IMG/VR virus record: IMGVR_UViG_3300009431_000016
Source of the DNA: a virus
Length of the DNA: 64,000 bases
Direction: 5' to 3' (one strand)
Under the pieces are notes generated by a model that was given only the letters and a program-made list of their open reading frames with translations, was not told the DNA's origin and ran no database searches. A program made the position numbers and the translations under genes. Below are positions 28,520-37,415 of this stretch, piece by piece. The number at the start of each line of letters is the position of its first letter. Position 1 is the first letter of the stretch.

Positions 28520-29917
28520 ATGGTTAAAATGGCCGTAAAAAAGTGTTTTTTGCACCCCAAACAGGCCCAGTTTCGGCGCCTCCGGGAGCGGATCTGCGGC
28601 TTCGTGGGCGGCCGCGGCGTAGGCAAGACCTACGTGGGATCAGTTGATGCCATTTTCAGCACGCCCGGCGGGATGCATGCCATGGCGGTCAGCCCAACTT
28701 ATTCGGACGTGGAAGAGACCACGCTGCCCACTTTCATCCACGCCGCTGAGACCCTTGGCGTGTTACACCGCGTCCGTAGATCGCCCCCGCCGCGGGTCTG
28801 GTTCCGCGCGAGAGACGGCGGGATCGCCGAGATAGTTTTCCGGTCCGGGGAAGAGCCTGAGCGGTTACGCGGTCCCACAAAGTGTCTGCTGTGGATCGAT
28901 GAGGCGTCCGTCCAGGTCGAGGAAGTTTTCAAACTCGGCTTGCCAGTGTTGCGCGAACGCGGGCAGCCCGGTAGGCTGAGTATGACGTTTACCCCAAAGG
29001 GGCGTCGACACTGGACCTATTCTACATTCTTCCGTCGCGTTGGTGAGGAAGAGATCCCGAGGCCCAACACGGCTCTCGTTCAGGCGCACACGAGCGAGAA
29101 TCCGTTCCTTCCCGACGACTACGCCGCGACGATCGCCGAGTACTACTCGTCCGCGATGCGTGAGCAGGAGCTGGCCGGTAAGTTTGTCGACTTACTGGGG
29201 CTGATGTTTAAGCGTCACTGGTTCCAGCTGACAGATCACATTCCGACTGACGCCACCCGTATTCGTTATTGGGACAAAGCCGCCACGGAGGGCGCCGGGG
29301 CGTACTCGTGCGGCGTCCTGGCGTCCAGGACCCAACAGGGCAGGGTGACCGTGGAAGACGTCGTGCGAGGTCAATGGAGTTGGGAGAAGCGGAATCAGAT
29401 CATGCTGCAGACTGCGGAGGCAGACGCCGCGAAGTGGGGAAACGCGGTCATCATCTATTTTGAGCAGGAACCCGGATCCGGCGGCAAGGAGTCGGCACAA
29501 CAGACAATCCGTATGTTGTCGCGGTTTCCTGCCTACCGCGACATCGTGAGCGGGAAAGAATACCAGGTCAAGGACAAGCAAAAATTGCCCGGCGAGGCAA
29601 AAGTTGTCCGGGCTCGGCCATATTCTGCGCAATGTGAGGCTGGGAACGTGTATCTCCGGCGAGCGCCGTGGGTTGGGGATTACCTCGACGAGTTGACAGC
29701 ATTCCCGGAATACAGCTACGCCGACCAGGTGGATGCTAGCAGCGGCGCCTACAACAAGTTGGCGGACCGGTCCGGTTACTGGAATGAGCCACCATCTGCA
29801 ATGAGACCTGACCCTGTGGACGCTGGTGAGCGGTTTGGCATCCATTTTGAACGACACGAGGACGTAGGCCGGGATACCGGCGGGAGGCGAGAAGTGCCTT
29901 GGGAGAGACACCGATAA
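28520..29917 (+). CDS. terL: terminase large subunit
   Basis: N-terminal ATPase Walker A FVGGRGVGKTYVG, Walker B LLWIDEAS; C-terminal nuclease region with conserved acidic residues (YSYADQVDASSG). Confidence 0.8.
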   Translation: MVKMAVKKCFLHPKQAQFRRLRERICGFVGGRGVGKTYVGSVDAIFSTPGGMHAMAVSPTYSDVEETTLPTFIHAAETLGVLHRVRRSPPPRVWFRARDGGIAEIVFRSGEEPERLRGPTKCLLWIDEASVQVEEVFKLGLPVLRERGQPGRLSMTFTPKGRRHWTYSTFFRRVGEEEIPRPNTALVQAHTSENPFLPDDYAATIAEYYSSAMREQELAGKFVDLLGLMFKRHWFQLTDHIPTDATRIRYWDKAATEGAGAYSCGVLASRTQQGRVTVEDVVRGQWSWEKRNQIMLQTAEADAAKWGNAVIIYFEQEPGSGGKESAQQTIRMLSRFPAYRDIVSGKEYQVKDKQKLPGEAKVVRARPYSAQCEAGNVYLRRAPWVGDYLDELTAFPEYSYADQVDASSGAYNKLADRSGYWNEPPSAMRPDPVDAGERFGIHFERHEDVGRDTGGRREVPWERHR

Positions 29918-30044
29918 GACCAGTTTCATTTGCACTAAGATCCTTACAGGAGAATAGATGCCTTGTGGTTCTGTTCACCGCGTTAGCGTGTATAATATGT
30001 GCATCAGGAACGTTTGGCCCGTTTGCAATCTAAAGCACAAGGGG

Positions 30045-31016
30045 ATGGCGATGAGCGAGAAACTGACAGCACTTGAGACAGCACTTGAGGAAACAGCACT
30101 TGAGGAAGAGGCTCGACAGTGGACCGAGAAACCCGGTTTGCTAAACCCGGACAGCCCGCTAGCCTACAGTACAAGCGCCAGGGCGATGCGGTATGCCGCG
30201 GAGTTTATGCACGACGAGTGGTTTCAGTTGCCAAAGACTCGGGAATGGTGCGACATGACGACAGCCGTCATGCACATGACTCGGCAATTGCGGCGTCTTG
30301 CGGCCCATTACTACGTAACCGCTGGACGCGAGATCGAGCGTGTACGAGAGATTAAAGTGGAAGAAATTGAGGCCGAAATTGCAGCCGAATTTGAGCCAGA
30401 CGAAGAGCCTGAGGTGTTGGCGTACTTCGACGATTCCGGCGCCATATTGCCTCCTGGCGTGTGTAGCGTCAACGCGATTCCGGAAGGCACGAAAGATAAG
30501 CCGCCAGTCGTGTGTGATCCGGCGAAGCACATCCGCGGCATATGTGATTGCGACGACTGCGACCACCAGGTGTGTGGAACCGCTGACCAGTGCGTAAACC
30601 CGCAAGCTGACGACAGCTATCATGTCGAGGAGGTGATCACGACGAGATCAGCAGGACCTGAGCAACCTGCTGTTGACGTAAAATTAACCGGGATTTATGC
30701 GGCCACGGACGAGAAGTCACGGCTGCTTGCCGATATTGAACGACTGCAAGGCGCGGCCGCGGAGTCTGCGATACATAACTCCCGAAAAGACAGGATCGCC
30801 AGAGAGGAGGCAGCACGAAGTCGAGATATGGCGAGGTCTGAGATATATGCAATAAACGGGCACATACACAACCTCCGCGAGGCCGCTAAAGGCTGCCCAC
30901 GGTGCACGATCAGCAACGATAACACATTGAGCCATTGTCAGGCGTGTAAGGACGCCATCGCAGTCAAGAGCCGTTGCCTGTTTAATATCGAAGCCGAGCA
31001 ACTGGGAATCAGATAA
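30045..31016 (+). CDS. hypothetical protein with Cys cluster (CDCDDCDHQVCG, CPRCT, CQACK)
   Basis: RBS AAGGGGA before Met 30045; upstream perfect -10 TATAAT at about 29991. Confidence 0.3.
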   Translation: MAMSEKLTALETALEETALEEEARQWTEKPGLLNPDSPLAYSTSARAMRYAAEFMHDEWFQLPKTREWCDMTTAVMHMTRQLRRLAAHYYVTAGREIERVREIKVEEIEAEIAAEFEPDEEPEVLAYFDDSGAILPPGVCSVNAIPEGTKDKPPVVCDPAKHIRGICDCDDCDHQVCGTADQCVNPQADDSYHVEEVITTRSAGPEQPAVDVKLTGIYAATDEKSRLLADIERLQGAAAESAIHNSRKDRIAREEAARSRDMARSEIYAINGHIHNLREAAKGCPRCTISNDNTLSHCQACKDAIAVKSRCLFNIEAEQLGIR

Positions 31017-31135
31017 CCATGGCAGACATTCGCGAATGCATCGCATGTTCGGGCGCTACCTGAAAAGGAGGCAGTTGAGGCGAGTATCTGAGAGACGAAC
31101 GTTTGTAATCCATTTCCGAGTGAAGGAACGAAACC

Positions 31136-32149
31136 ATGACATTGAAAAAAATTCTAATGATGGGCTTCGCGCCCTTCTGTGTTTTGGGATTCGCATGCGA
31201 CGACGGCTGTAGCAAACACTCACACGGCGCCGAACAATCCGCCAACGCCGTGCAGACCGCCGACTTAGCTCCCGAGAACATAGCAGCACATCTACAATCT
31301 TGTTGCGTTACGCTCAAGGCTGGTAGCGCAGAGGGCTCTGGAACGATCTTCCTTCGGAGCGTTGAAGGCCAGTCTGTCGTCTTCATTTTGACGGCCCACC
31401 ATGTTGTTGAGGGCCTGCGCAGGACAAAAAAGGTAATCAATGACAAGGGAGACTCGAAGACTCAGATCTCATATGGCGATGCGCACGTGGTTCAGGAATG
31501 GCTCGACCAGGAGACCGGTGAACGTGTCGGCGAGACAAAAGTTCTGTCAAAAATCCTTACCGTCGACGCCAAGAGAGATATTGCGCTTCTCGAAGTCAAA
31601 GCGAAGGGATGGAAAAATGTCTCGATGCAGTTCAGCCAAGAGGAAAAGTTCATTGGAGCGGGCACGGCGATTATCCACTGCGGCTCGCCCGGCGGTCAGT
31701 CCATGGGTGCGGGAAGTGTGCTCTTCGGCAATGTCGCAAGGGTTGGCTGCCGCATCCCCGAGTTCGGCCCCTTCCCCTTCGACCAACTCGCCTGTCCAGC
31801 CCTCGGAGGATCCTCCGGCGGAATGGTCGTCCGACGAACAGGATCGGAAGCCGGCCGATGGGTCGGAATGATTACGCTTGGTCTACGCGGCGCCGACTCG
31901 TTCCACTGGATGGTCCCTATCAGGGTGTTGCGAGATTGGGCAGAAGAAGTGGACGTCGAGTGGTTGCTCGCCGACGACGGTAAGACGACGCGGGATGACA
32001 TCAACAAGATTCCGCTGGAGAACTCAAAGACCGGTTTCGACAGGAATTCCAAATACTCAGCACCGTCCTTCGTGCCGCCCCATCCTGGCGAACCATCAAG
32101 GCCGGAGTATCACCGGCTGATTCGCGGATCATTGAAGCCGCCTTGCTAG
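31136..32149 (+). CDS. secreted/lipoprotein trypsin-like (S1) serine protease
   Basis: signal peptide ending in Cys (MTLKKILMMGFAPFCVLGFAC); catalytic triad context TAHHVVEG (His), DIALLEV (Asp), GGSSGGMV (Ser). Confidence 0.55.
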   Translation: MTLKKILMMGFAPFCVLGFACDDGCSKHSHGAEQSANAVQTADLAPENIAAHLQSCCVTLKAGSAEGSGTIFLRSVEGQSVVFILTAHHVVEGLRRTKKVINDKGDSKTQISYGDAHVVQEWLDQETGERVGETKVLSKILTVDAKRDIALLEVKAKGWKNVSMQFSQEEKFIGAGTAIIHCGSPGGQSMGAGSVLFGNVARVGCRIPEFGPFPFDQLACPALGGSSGGMVVRRTGSEAGRWVGMITLGLRGADSFHWMVPIRVLRDWAEEVDVEWLLADDGKTTRDDINKIPLENSKTGFDRNSKYSAPSFVPPHPGEPSRPEYHRLIRGSLKPPC

Positions 32150-32195
32150 TGCGGCGAACCGTTTACGGCAAGAAGTGTTGTTTTAAGGCCAGGAA

Positions 32196-33431
32196 ATGTC
32201 AAGACTAGCAAAACTCGCCGCTGCGGCAGCAGAGAGGGCCGCTCAACGGGCCGCACGAAGAGCGTTTGCGCAGTCCCCGATCGGGCAAGTCGAGCAGGGA
32301 TTGCGGCGCCTACGTGCATCTAGCGGAGCCCAGCGTCAATTAGTGCAATCGGTACAGTCTGCTACAGGCGCTGGGATTCTCGGCGACATAGAGAGGGCCG
32401 GCGGAGTCGAGCGGTATGCCATGGGGTTGGCAGCGCAGGTCGCCCTCAGGACACTGCTCGGCTCCTTAGGTCCGCTCGGTATGGTTTTTCAGACTCTTGC
32501 TGAAGCTCAGATGCGCGGTCGCCAGGTCGAACGTCAAGTTGAAGTCGCGACGAGGTTTCTACAGGCTATGGGATATGATGTCCGGAAGGCCGCCGGAACG
32601 ATGCGCAGCGCTATGAGGACGCTAGAGACCAGTCAAAGTCGGAAAGACAAAGACATCGCGAAGGCACTGCGCGGTCTTGCTAAAGAACACGCCAAACAGG
32701 AGAAGCAAGAGAAGCGGCGTGCATCCCGTGTGAATCGAGCCAGGGCAAAACTGCGTACTGCACGGCCGGGCACGAAGCCCCACAGGGACGCGATCGCAAC
32801 CCTGGAACAAGAGGGGATTATCCCCGAGATTTGGCCGGAAGAGCAGGTTATTCCGACCAGGGCTCGCGGCGCCCCACAGCCCGGCGAAGGTATCCTGGAG
32901 AAGGAGATTGAGACACCGGGAAGTAGTAACGTGTTCTCGATCGCCTTCCAGCGCGAAAGTAGATACAACGGTGTAATGTTTGTGACGTTCAAGGCGTGGG
33001 CGCCAGGGATGAAGGGTGCAAAGCGGGCTCATATTCGCGGGCCGATGTATGGCTATTATGGCGTCCCTACAGCCCGTTGGGCGAAGTTCAAGCGAGAGAT
33101 AGGATCGTCCGGTAAGGGCGCTGGGAAGGCCGTCTGGGATCATCTGCGCACCAGGGGTAGTCGATACGAACACCAATTCTCGTATCGGTTGCAGCAAGGC
33201 GCCTTGTTTGCCAATGTGCCTGGTTCGCCAATGCCGGACGATATCCCGGTCCCACCGGGTGGAGTGTACATTCCGCGAAAGGCGACAGCCAAGGGATTTA
33301 AGACCCGCCATTTGCCGATGCAGGGGCCAGGTGGTCGGATGCGAGGTCGATCGGGCGTGATGCGCAGTACGTTGCCAGAAGTCGAATTCCGAGCGAGACC
33401 AAACACGGGGGCAGCCTCGAGGGAGACGTGA
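32196..33431 (+). CDS. KTSC-domain protein
   Basis: C-terminal VMFVTFKAWAPG...YGYYGVPTARWAKFK...SGKGAGKAVWDHLR...YEHQF matches KTSC domain pattern; N-terminal Ala/Arg-rich helix. Confidence 0.4.
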   Translation: MSRLAKLAAAAAERAAQRAARRAFAQSPIGQVEQGLRRLRASSGAQRQLVQSVQSATGAGILGDIERAGGVERYAMGLAAQVALRTLLGSLGPLGMVFQTLAEAQMRGRQVERQVEVATRFLQAMGYDVRKAAGTMRSAMRTLETSQSRKDKDIAKALRGLAKEHAKQEKQEKRRASRVNRARAKLRTARPGTKPHRDAIATLEQEGIIPEIWPEEQVIPTRARGAPQPGEGILEKEIETPGSSNVFSIAFQRESRYNGVMFVTFKAWAPGMKGAKRAHIRGPMYGYYGVPTARWAKFKREIGSSGKGAGKAVWDHLRTRGSRYEHQFSYRLQQGALFANVPGSPMPDDIPVPPGGVYIPRKATAKGFKTRHLPMQGPGGRMRGRSGVMRSTLPEVEFRARPNTGAASRET

Positions 33432-33493
33432 GATGACTAGACCAACCTTGGATGTCCCGAGATCACTGGACGCCGAAAAAGAAGGATGACGCA

Positions 33494-33868
33494 ATGCCAA
33501 AACTCATGGCATACTCGACGCGGTTTCGTCGCGGACAAGGCTGGACCGCTTTGTTTCGCGCTCGATTACCGAGCGGTTCGTATATCACACCAGATACGAT
33601 ATCCACCGTTAACTGCAAGGTGCAGTACCAAGACGGAACTGAAACGTACGATACCAACTTGACGGTTGCAAATGTTGTCAAGAGCGACCTTGTTACGGAT
33701 GACGCGAGGTGGACGAAGGATTCTACTGGCTACAATTTCTTGCATGAGGTGCCAGCTTCCGCGTTTGACGCAGCCGGTTACGTGTGCGTCGAGTTTATGT
33801 TTACTCCAGTGGCTGGCCAAACTTTCATTGTGGCGTACAATGGGCCAGTTTTTAGTAAATTAACATGA
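33494..33868 (+). CDS. hypothetical protein
   Basis: ORF in structural region. Confidence 0.25.
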   Translation: MPKLMAYSTRFRRGQGWTALFRARLPSGSYITPDTISTVNCKVQYQDGTETYDTNLTVANVVKSDLVTDDARWTKDSTGYNFLHEVPASAFDAAGYVCVEFMFTPVAGQTFIVAYNGPVFSKLT

Positions 33869-33903
33869 TCGCAAAAGGCGTTCTATAAAGAAATGGAATA
33901 ATC

Positions 33904-34485
33904 ATGACGCTTTTAGACTCAACAGCATGGTCTGCGGCCGAAAAGCAGAACCTCGAAATGAACACGTCCGGCAGCGGCTACAGAAAGATCGCCACCTTTT
34001 CGCCGCCCGCCGACACTGCTTGGTGTGTAGTCGGCTGCGTGTTGGCCGCCGCCGTTGAAAAAACAGACGAAGCGACGCTGATTGCCAACATCGAGTCGCT
34101 CTCGCAAGTAACCTCCGTCCATGACCCGCGAGTGTGGCTTGACGCGCCTGCCAGCATCGAAGACGCCGCGAAGGAATTGAGATTGCACGTCAATGCCAAC
34201 GAATCGGGCAATCAAGGCTTTGGCGGGGATGTGTGGGGATATAGCCGCAAATTCAGTGAGAATATACTGCTGACATCATACCTAGGAAAGGCGATGTTTG
34301 TGCTCGCGCTACGAGTTCCTGCTGACCTCGACGCTGCTGCTATTACCGCCTTGGAGACCGCAATCACTGGAGTAACTGGGATTTTAAGCACCGAGCACCT
34401 CGTTGGTGGATTAGTGCCCGCCAACTCCAGCAGCGTGAGTCTAAGCGTAGAGATCCGATTCCGCATTGATGACATTTCAACGTAA
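33904..34485 (+). CDS. hypothetical virion-associated protein
   Basis: 193-aa ORF. Confidence 0.3.
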   Translation: MTLLDSTAWSAAEKQNLEMNTSGSGYRKIATFSPPADTAWCVVGCVLAAAVEKTDEATLIANIESLSQVTSVHDPRVWLDAPASIEDAAKELRLHVNANESGNQGFGGDVWGYSRKFSENILLTSYLGKAMFVLALRVPADLDAAAITALETAITGVTGILSTEHLVGGLVPANSSSVSLSVEIRFRIDDIST

Positions 34486-34492
34486 CTGAACC

Positions 34493-35905
34493 ATGACGAC
34501 GAAGTATTACCGATCCAACAACTCTGATTGGAACACGGACGCCAACTGGTCAACAACCAGTGGCGGCGGCGCGGATACTACGTTTCCAACGGCCGGCGAT
34601 GACGCAATCTTCGACGACAACAGCGGCAACTGCACTCTGGACTTAGCTGCCGCTTGCGACAAGATCACCATTGGCACAGTCGGGGCTCTCTACACTGGCA
34701 CGCTAGACGCCGCCACTTACGACGTTACCATCGGCACGGGTGGCTTGGACTGCACCTATGGCGGCTCGGCTACGCTCGACTTGGGCAGCGGGACTTGGAC
34801 TTGTAGCGGGGATTGGGACTCTCAGGATTTAGGGACGCTAACACCTGGCACATCGCGCGTCAAACTAACTGGTTTGACAAAAAACGTCCGCACTCACGGC
34901 ACTAACGGCCCGCTGTATGAGTTGGAAATAACAGGATCTTACACACACACAGACTCCTCCAGCTATCTCGCGATCACTAGCGGCCTCTATGTGTCGGGTT
35001 CGTTGATTAACAGCGACACAATCTATGCCACGAATGCCGACGTTCAAAACACTGGATCGATCACCGGCGCGGCCAAGATACAATTGGGGTATTTAACCAA
35101 TTCGTCTAACATCAGCGTTCAGTCTGGCACGCTCTCTGTTCCACTAGACGTACAGTGGGGAAGTACAATCTGCGCGGCGACATACGGGGGTGCTGTGACA
35201 TTTTCGTGCAGTTCGTCTTTGACTCGCACTAGCACATGGGGAGCGGGTACGTACACCTTTGAGGATGTTTTTGCTGTTGATGAAGCACATCCAACGGGGA
35301 CATACGTAATGGACCTGGCCACCAACAATCCGGATATGGCGTTCCAGGGCAACGTGACAATATCAGAGTCAGGCGGCGGAACAGTTACCTGGACCAAAGG
35401 CACGGGCACAATCACGCTCTCGGGCTCGTCGAACCAAACCATTACTACCCTCAACAAGCCCCTCGAAGATATCGTCATCGACAAGACTGCGGGCGACATA
35501 CAGCTTGCTGACGGCCTGACTACTGAATCCTTCACTGGCACATCTACAGGCACGGGCGACTTCGACCCCAACGAACAGACACTCACCATCGGCGGCAACT
35601 GTTCCTGGGCTGCGGCGTTCACGATGGAGGGCAGCGCCGACCATATGAATGGCAGCGACTGGCAGGTGACGGGCAACTTTACTGCGAATGGACAATCGTT
35701 GTCCGCTACTGCTGGCTGGGATTTAGACGTTACAGGAACGGCCGTGGCGTCTGGTACGGGCGATGTTGAATATTGCACAGCAGGCGGAACGGAGATAGAC
35801 GCGAGCGCTGGGCCATGGACGGATAACGGGAATAATACTAACTGGAATTTTGGGGCCGCGGGTGGCCGGATTAATGTAATGGTTGGCGGTGGAATTTTTG
35901 GTTGA
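34493..35905 (+). CDS. Thr/Gly/Ser-rich beta-structure protein (fiber or adhesin-like)
   Basis: 470 aa, about 35% T+G+S; repetitive TGT/GTG motifs typical of beta-helix or fiber proteins. Confidence 0.35.
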   Translation: MTTKYYRSNNSDWNTDANWSTTSGGGADTTFPTAGDDAIFDDNSGNCTLDLAAACDKITIGTVGALYTGTLDAATYDVTIGTGGLDCTYGGSATLDLGSGTWTCSGDWDSQDLGTLTPGTSRVKLTGLTKNVRTHGTNGPLYELEITGSYTHTDSSSYLAITSGLYVSGSLINSDTIYATNADVQNTGSITGAAKIQLGYLTNSSNISVQSGTLSVPLDVQWGSTICAATYGGAVTFSCSSSLTRTSTWGAGTYTFEDVFAVDEAHPTGTYVMDLATNNPDMAFQGNVTISESGGGTVTWTKGTGTITLSGSSNQTITTLNKPLEDIVIDKTAGDIQLADGLTTESFTGTSTGTGDFDPNEQTLTIGGNCSWAAAFTMEGSADHMNGSDWQVTGNFTANGQSLSATAGWDLDVTGTAVASGTGDVEYCTAGGTEIDASAGPWTDNGNNTNWNFGAAGGRINVMVGGGIFG

Positions 35906-35929
35906 CGGAAAGAATAAAGGAACGCAAAA

Positions 35930-37243
35930 ATGGTGCAGCCAACTCCAGATGGCCTGACACTAAACGCCGGTTCGGGCGGAAGTGATCTGTACGGGGACAC
36001 AATCGGCACGCAGTTTGCCGAAGGCGTTCTGCTGTGTTACTCCACAGGCGACGGGTCTGCCAATTTTGTGCAGGACGACACTGGTTTGCCAATAGTACCA
36101 GCTACCGGCGCCACGTTTCAGTTGGCGGCCGGAACCGCAGCCATCGGAAAGCTTGCTGCGAATAGCGGTGTGGATATTGGAGACGTTGATGTTATATCCA
36201 TACCAGCTACTGCGACCGAAGCTGCGGCCTTGCCGTCTGTGTTCATGGTTGTAGCTGGAGACGATGGAACAGACACGCATCCGTTGCAGACAAATGCCGT
36301 GGGCGATCTCAAGGTAACTCTTGACAGTGAGACAGTGGCAGTCACGCAAAGCGGTGCGTGGAACGTCACGAACATCAGCGGCACGGTGAGTCTGCCGACG
36401 GGAGCTGCGACCGAAGCCACCTTAAATACCCTGGACGGAAAAGTAACCGCATGCAATACGGGTGCGGTCGTCATTTCGTCCGGGACCGTCACAACAGTCT
36501 CTGCAGTCACGGCCATCACTAATGCACTTCCTGCTGGCGACAACAACATTGGCAATGTAGATGTCGTTACGCTCCCGGCTGGCAACCTGGGCATGCAAGC
36601 CATGTCTGCGTCTTTATCAACTGTGCCGGCGTCCGATATTACAGACGCCACCTACATTGGGGATATCAAATTTGGCGAAAGCTTACCGGCTGGCACAAGC
36701 GCCATTGGGACCGTTACGGCTGTTGGCGCCGCGGCGGAAGACGCGGCAACCTCCGGGAATCCTGTGCTGTTGGCAGGTCGGTATGACTCAAGTGAGCGTA
36801 CCACTGAAACTGGTGACGTTACGACACTGGCAGCATCCGCCCAGGGCTGGATGATGGTCGGTAATCAGTCGTCTTATCTGTTCGATGGAGCCGTGCGGTG
36901 TGAAGTCAAGCGTGCGTCTGGCGTGGCTGCAACTGGAACCGTCGAGATGATACCGGCAGCCGCCGGCAAAAAAGCCAGGATCTTGGCTCTTACACTCATT
37001 CCGACATCAACAACTGTAACGAATGTTTACGTCGCCTCCACAACAGATACCGATATGCTCGGGAATGCGGCCAACCCGATCCCGCTATCAACTGCAGTCG
37101 CCGGAAATGATATGCCGGGCTTTGTTTTGCCGTACAATCAGGGCGGATGGATGCAATGCAGCACAGCCAATGAGGCCATTAACGTGATACTTTCCGCTGC
37201 GCAAGACGTTATTTGGTCTGCGACTTGGATTGAGGTTAACTGA
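35930..37243 (+). CDS. Ala/Thr/Gly-rich structural protein
   Basis: 437 aa with repetitive AT-rich amino-acid tracts. Confidence 0.35.
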   Translation: MVQPTPDGLTLNAGSGGSDLYGDTIGTQFAEGVLLCYSTGDGSANFVQDDTGLPIVPATGATFQLAAGTAAIGKLAANSGVDIGDVDVISIPATATEAAALPSVFMVVAGDDGTDTHPLQTNAVGDLKVTLDSETVAVTQSGAWNVTNISGTVSLPTGAATEATLNTLDGKVTACNTGAVVISSGTVTTVSAVTAITNALPAGDNNIGNVDVVTLPAGNLGMQAMSASLSTVPASDITDATYIGDIKFGESLPAGTSAIGTVTAVGAAAEDAATSGNPVLLAGRYDSSERTTETGDVTTLAASAQGWMMVGNQSSYLFDGAVRCEVKRASGVAATGTVEMIPAAAGKKARILALTLIPTSTTVTNVYVASTTDTDMLGNAANPIPLSTAVAGNDMPGFVLPYNQGGWMQCSTANEAINVILSAAQDVIWSATWIEVN

Positions 37244-37244
37244 C

Positions 37245-37403
37245 ATGCCGGCTGGATCTTGGCTGTTGAATCTCTTGTTTGGAGGCACTATTGCCGGGAC
37301 AGGCATCGCCGCCGATACGTCGGAAGATGGCGATTCATTTCTTGCTGGAGCGGATGGAGCTGATAGCTTTCTTGCTGGAGCGGATGAAGCTGATAGCTAT
37401 TGA
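37245..37403 (+). CDS. small ORF (52 aa) with hydrophobic N-terminus and duplicated SFLAGADxAD
   Basis: below the ORF-track threshold; contains a 30-bp tandem repeat; fills the gap before the giant gene. Confidence 0.2.
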   Translation: MPAGSWLLNLLFGGTIAGTGIAADTSEDGDSFLAGADGADSFLAGADEADSY

Positions 37404-37415
37404 TGATTGGAGAAA

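Noticed and set aside
35119-36009. 296-aa minus-strand ORF overlapping two + strand structural genes
   Set aside because: It spans an intergenic junction of + strand genes and is Pro/Ser/Val low-complexity, so it is an antisense artefact.
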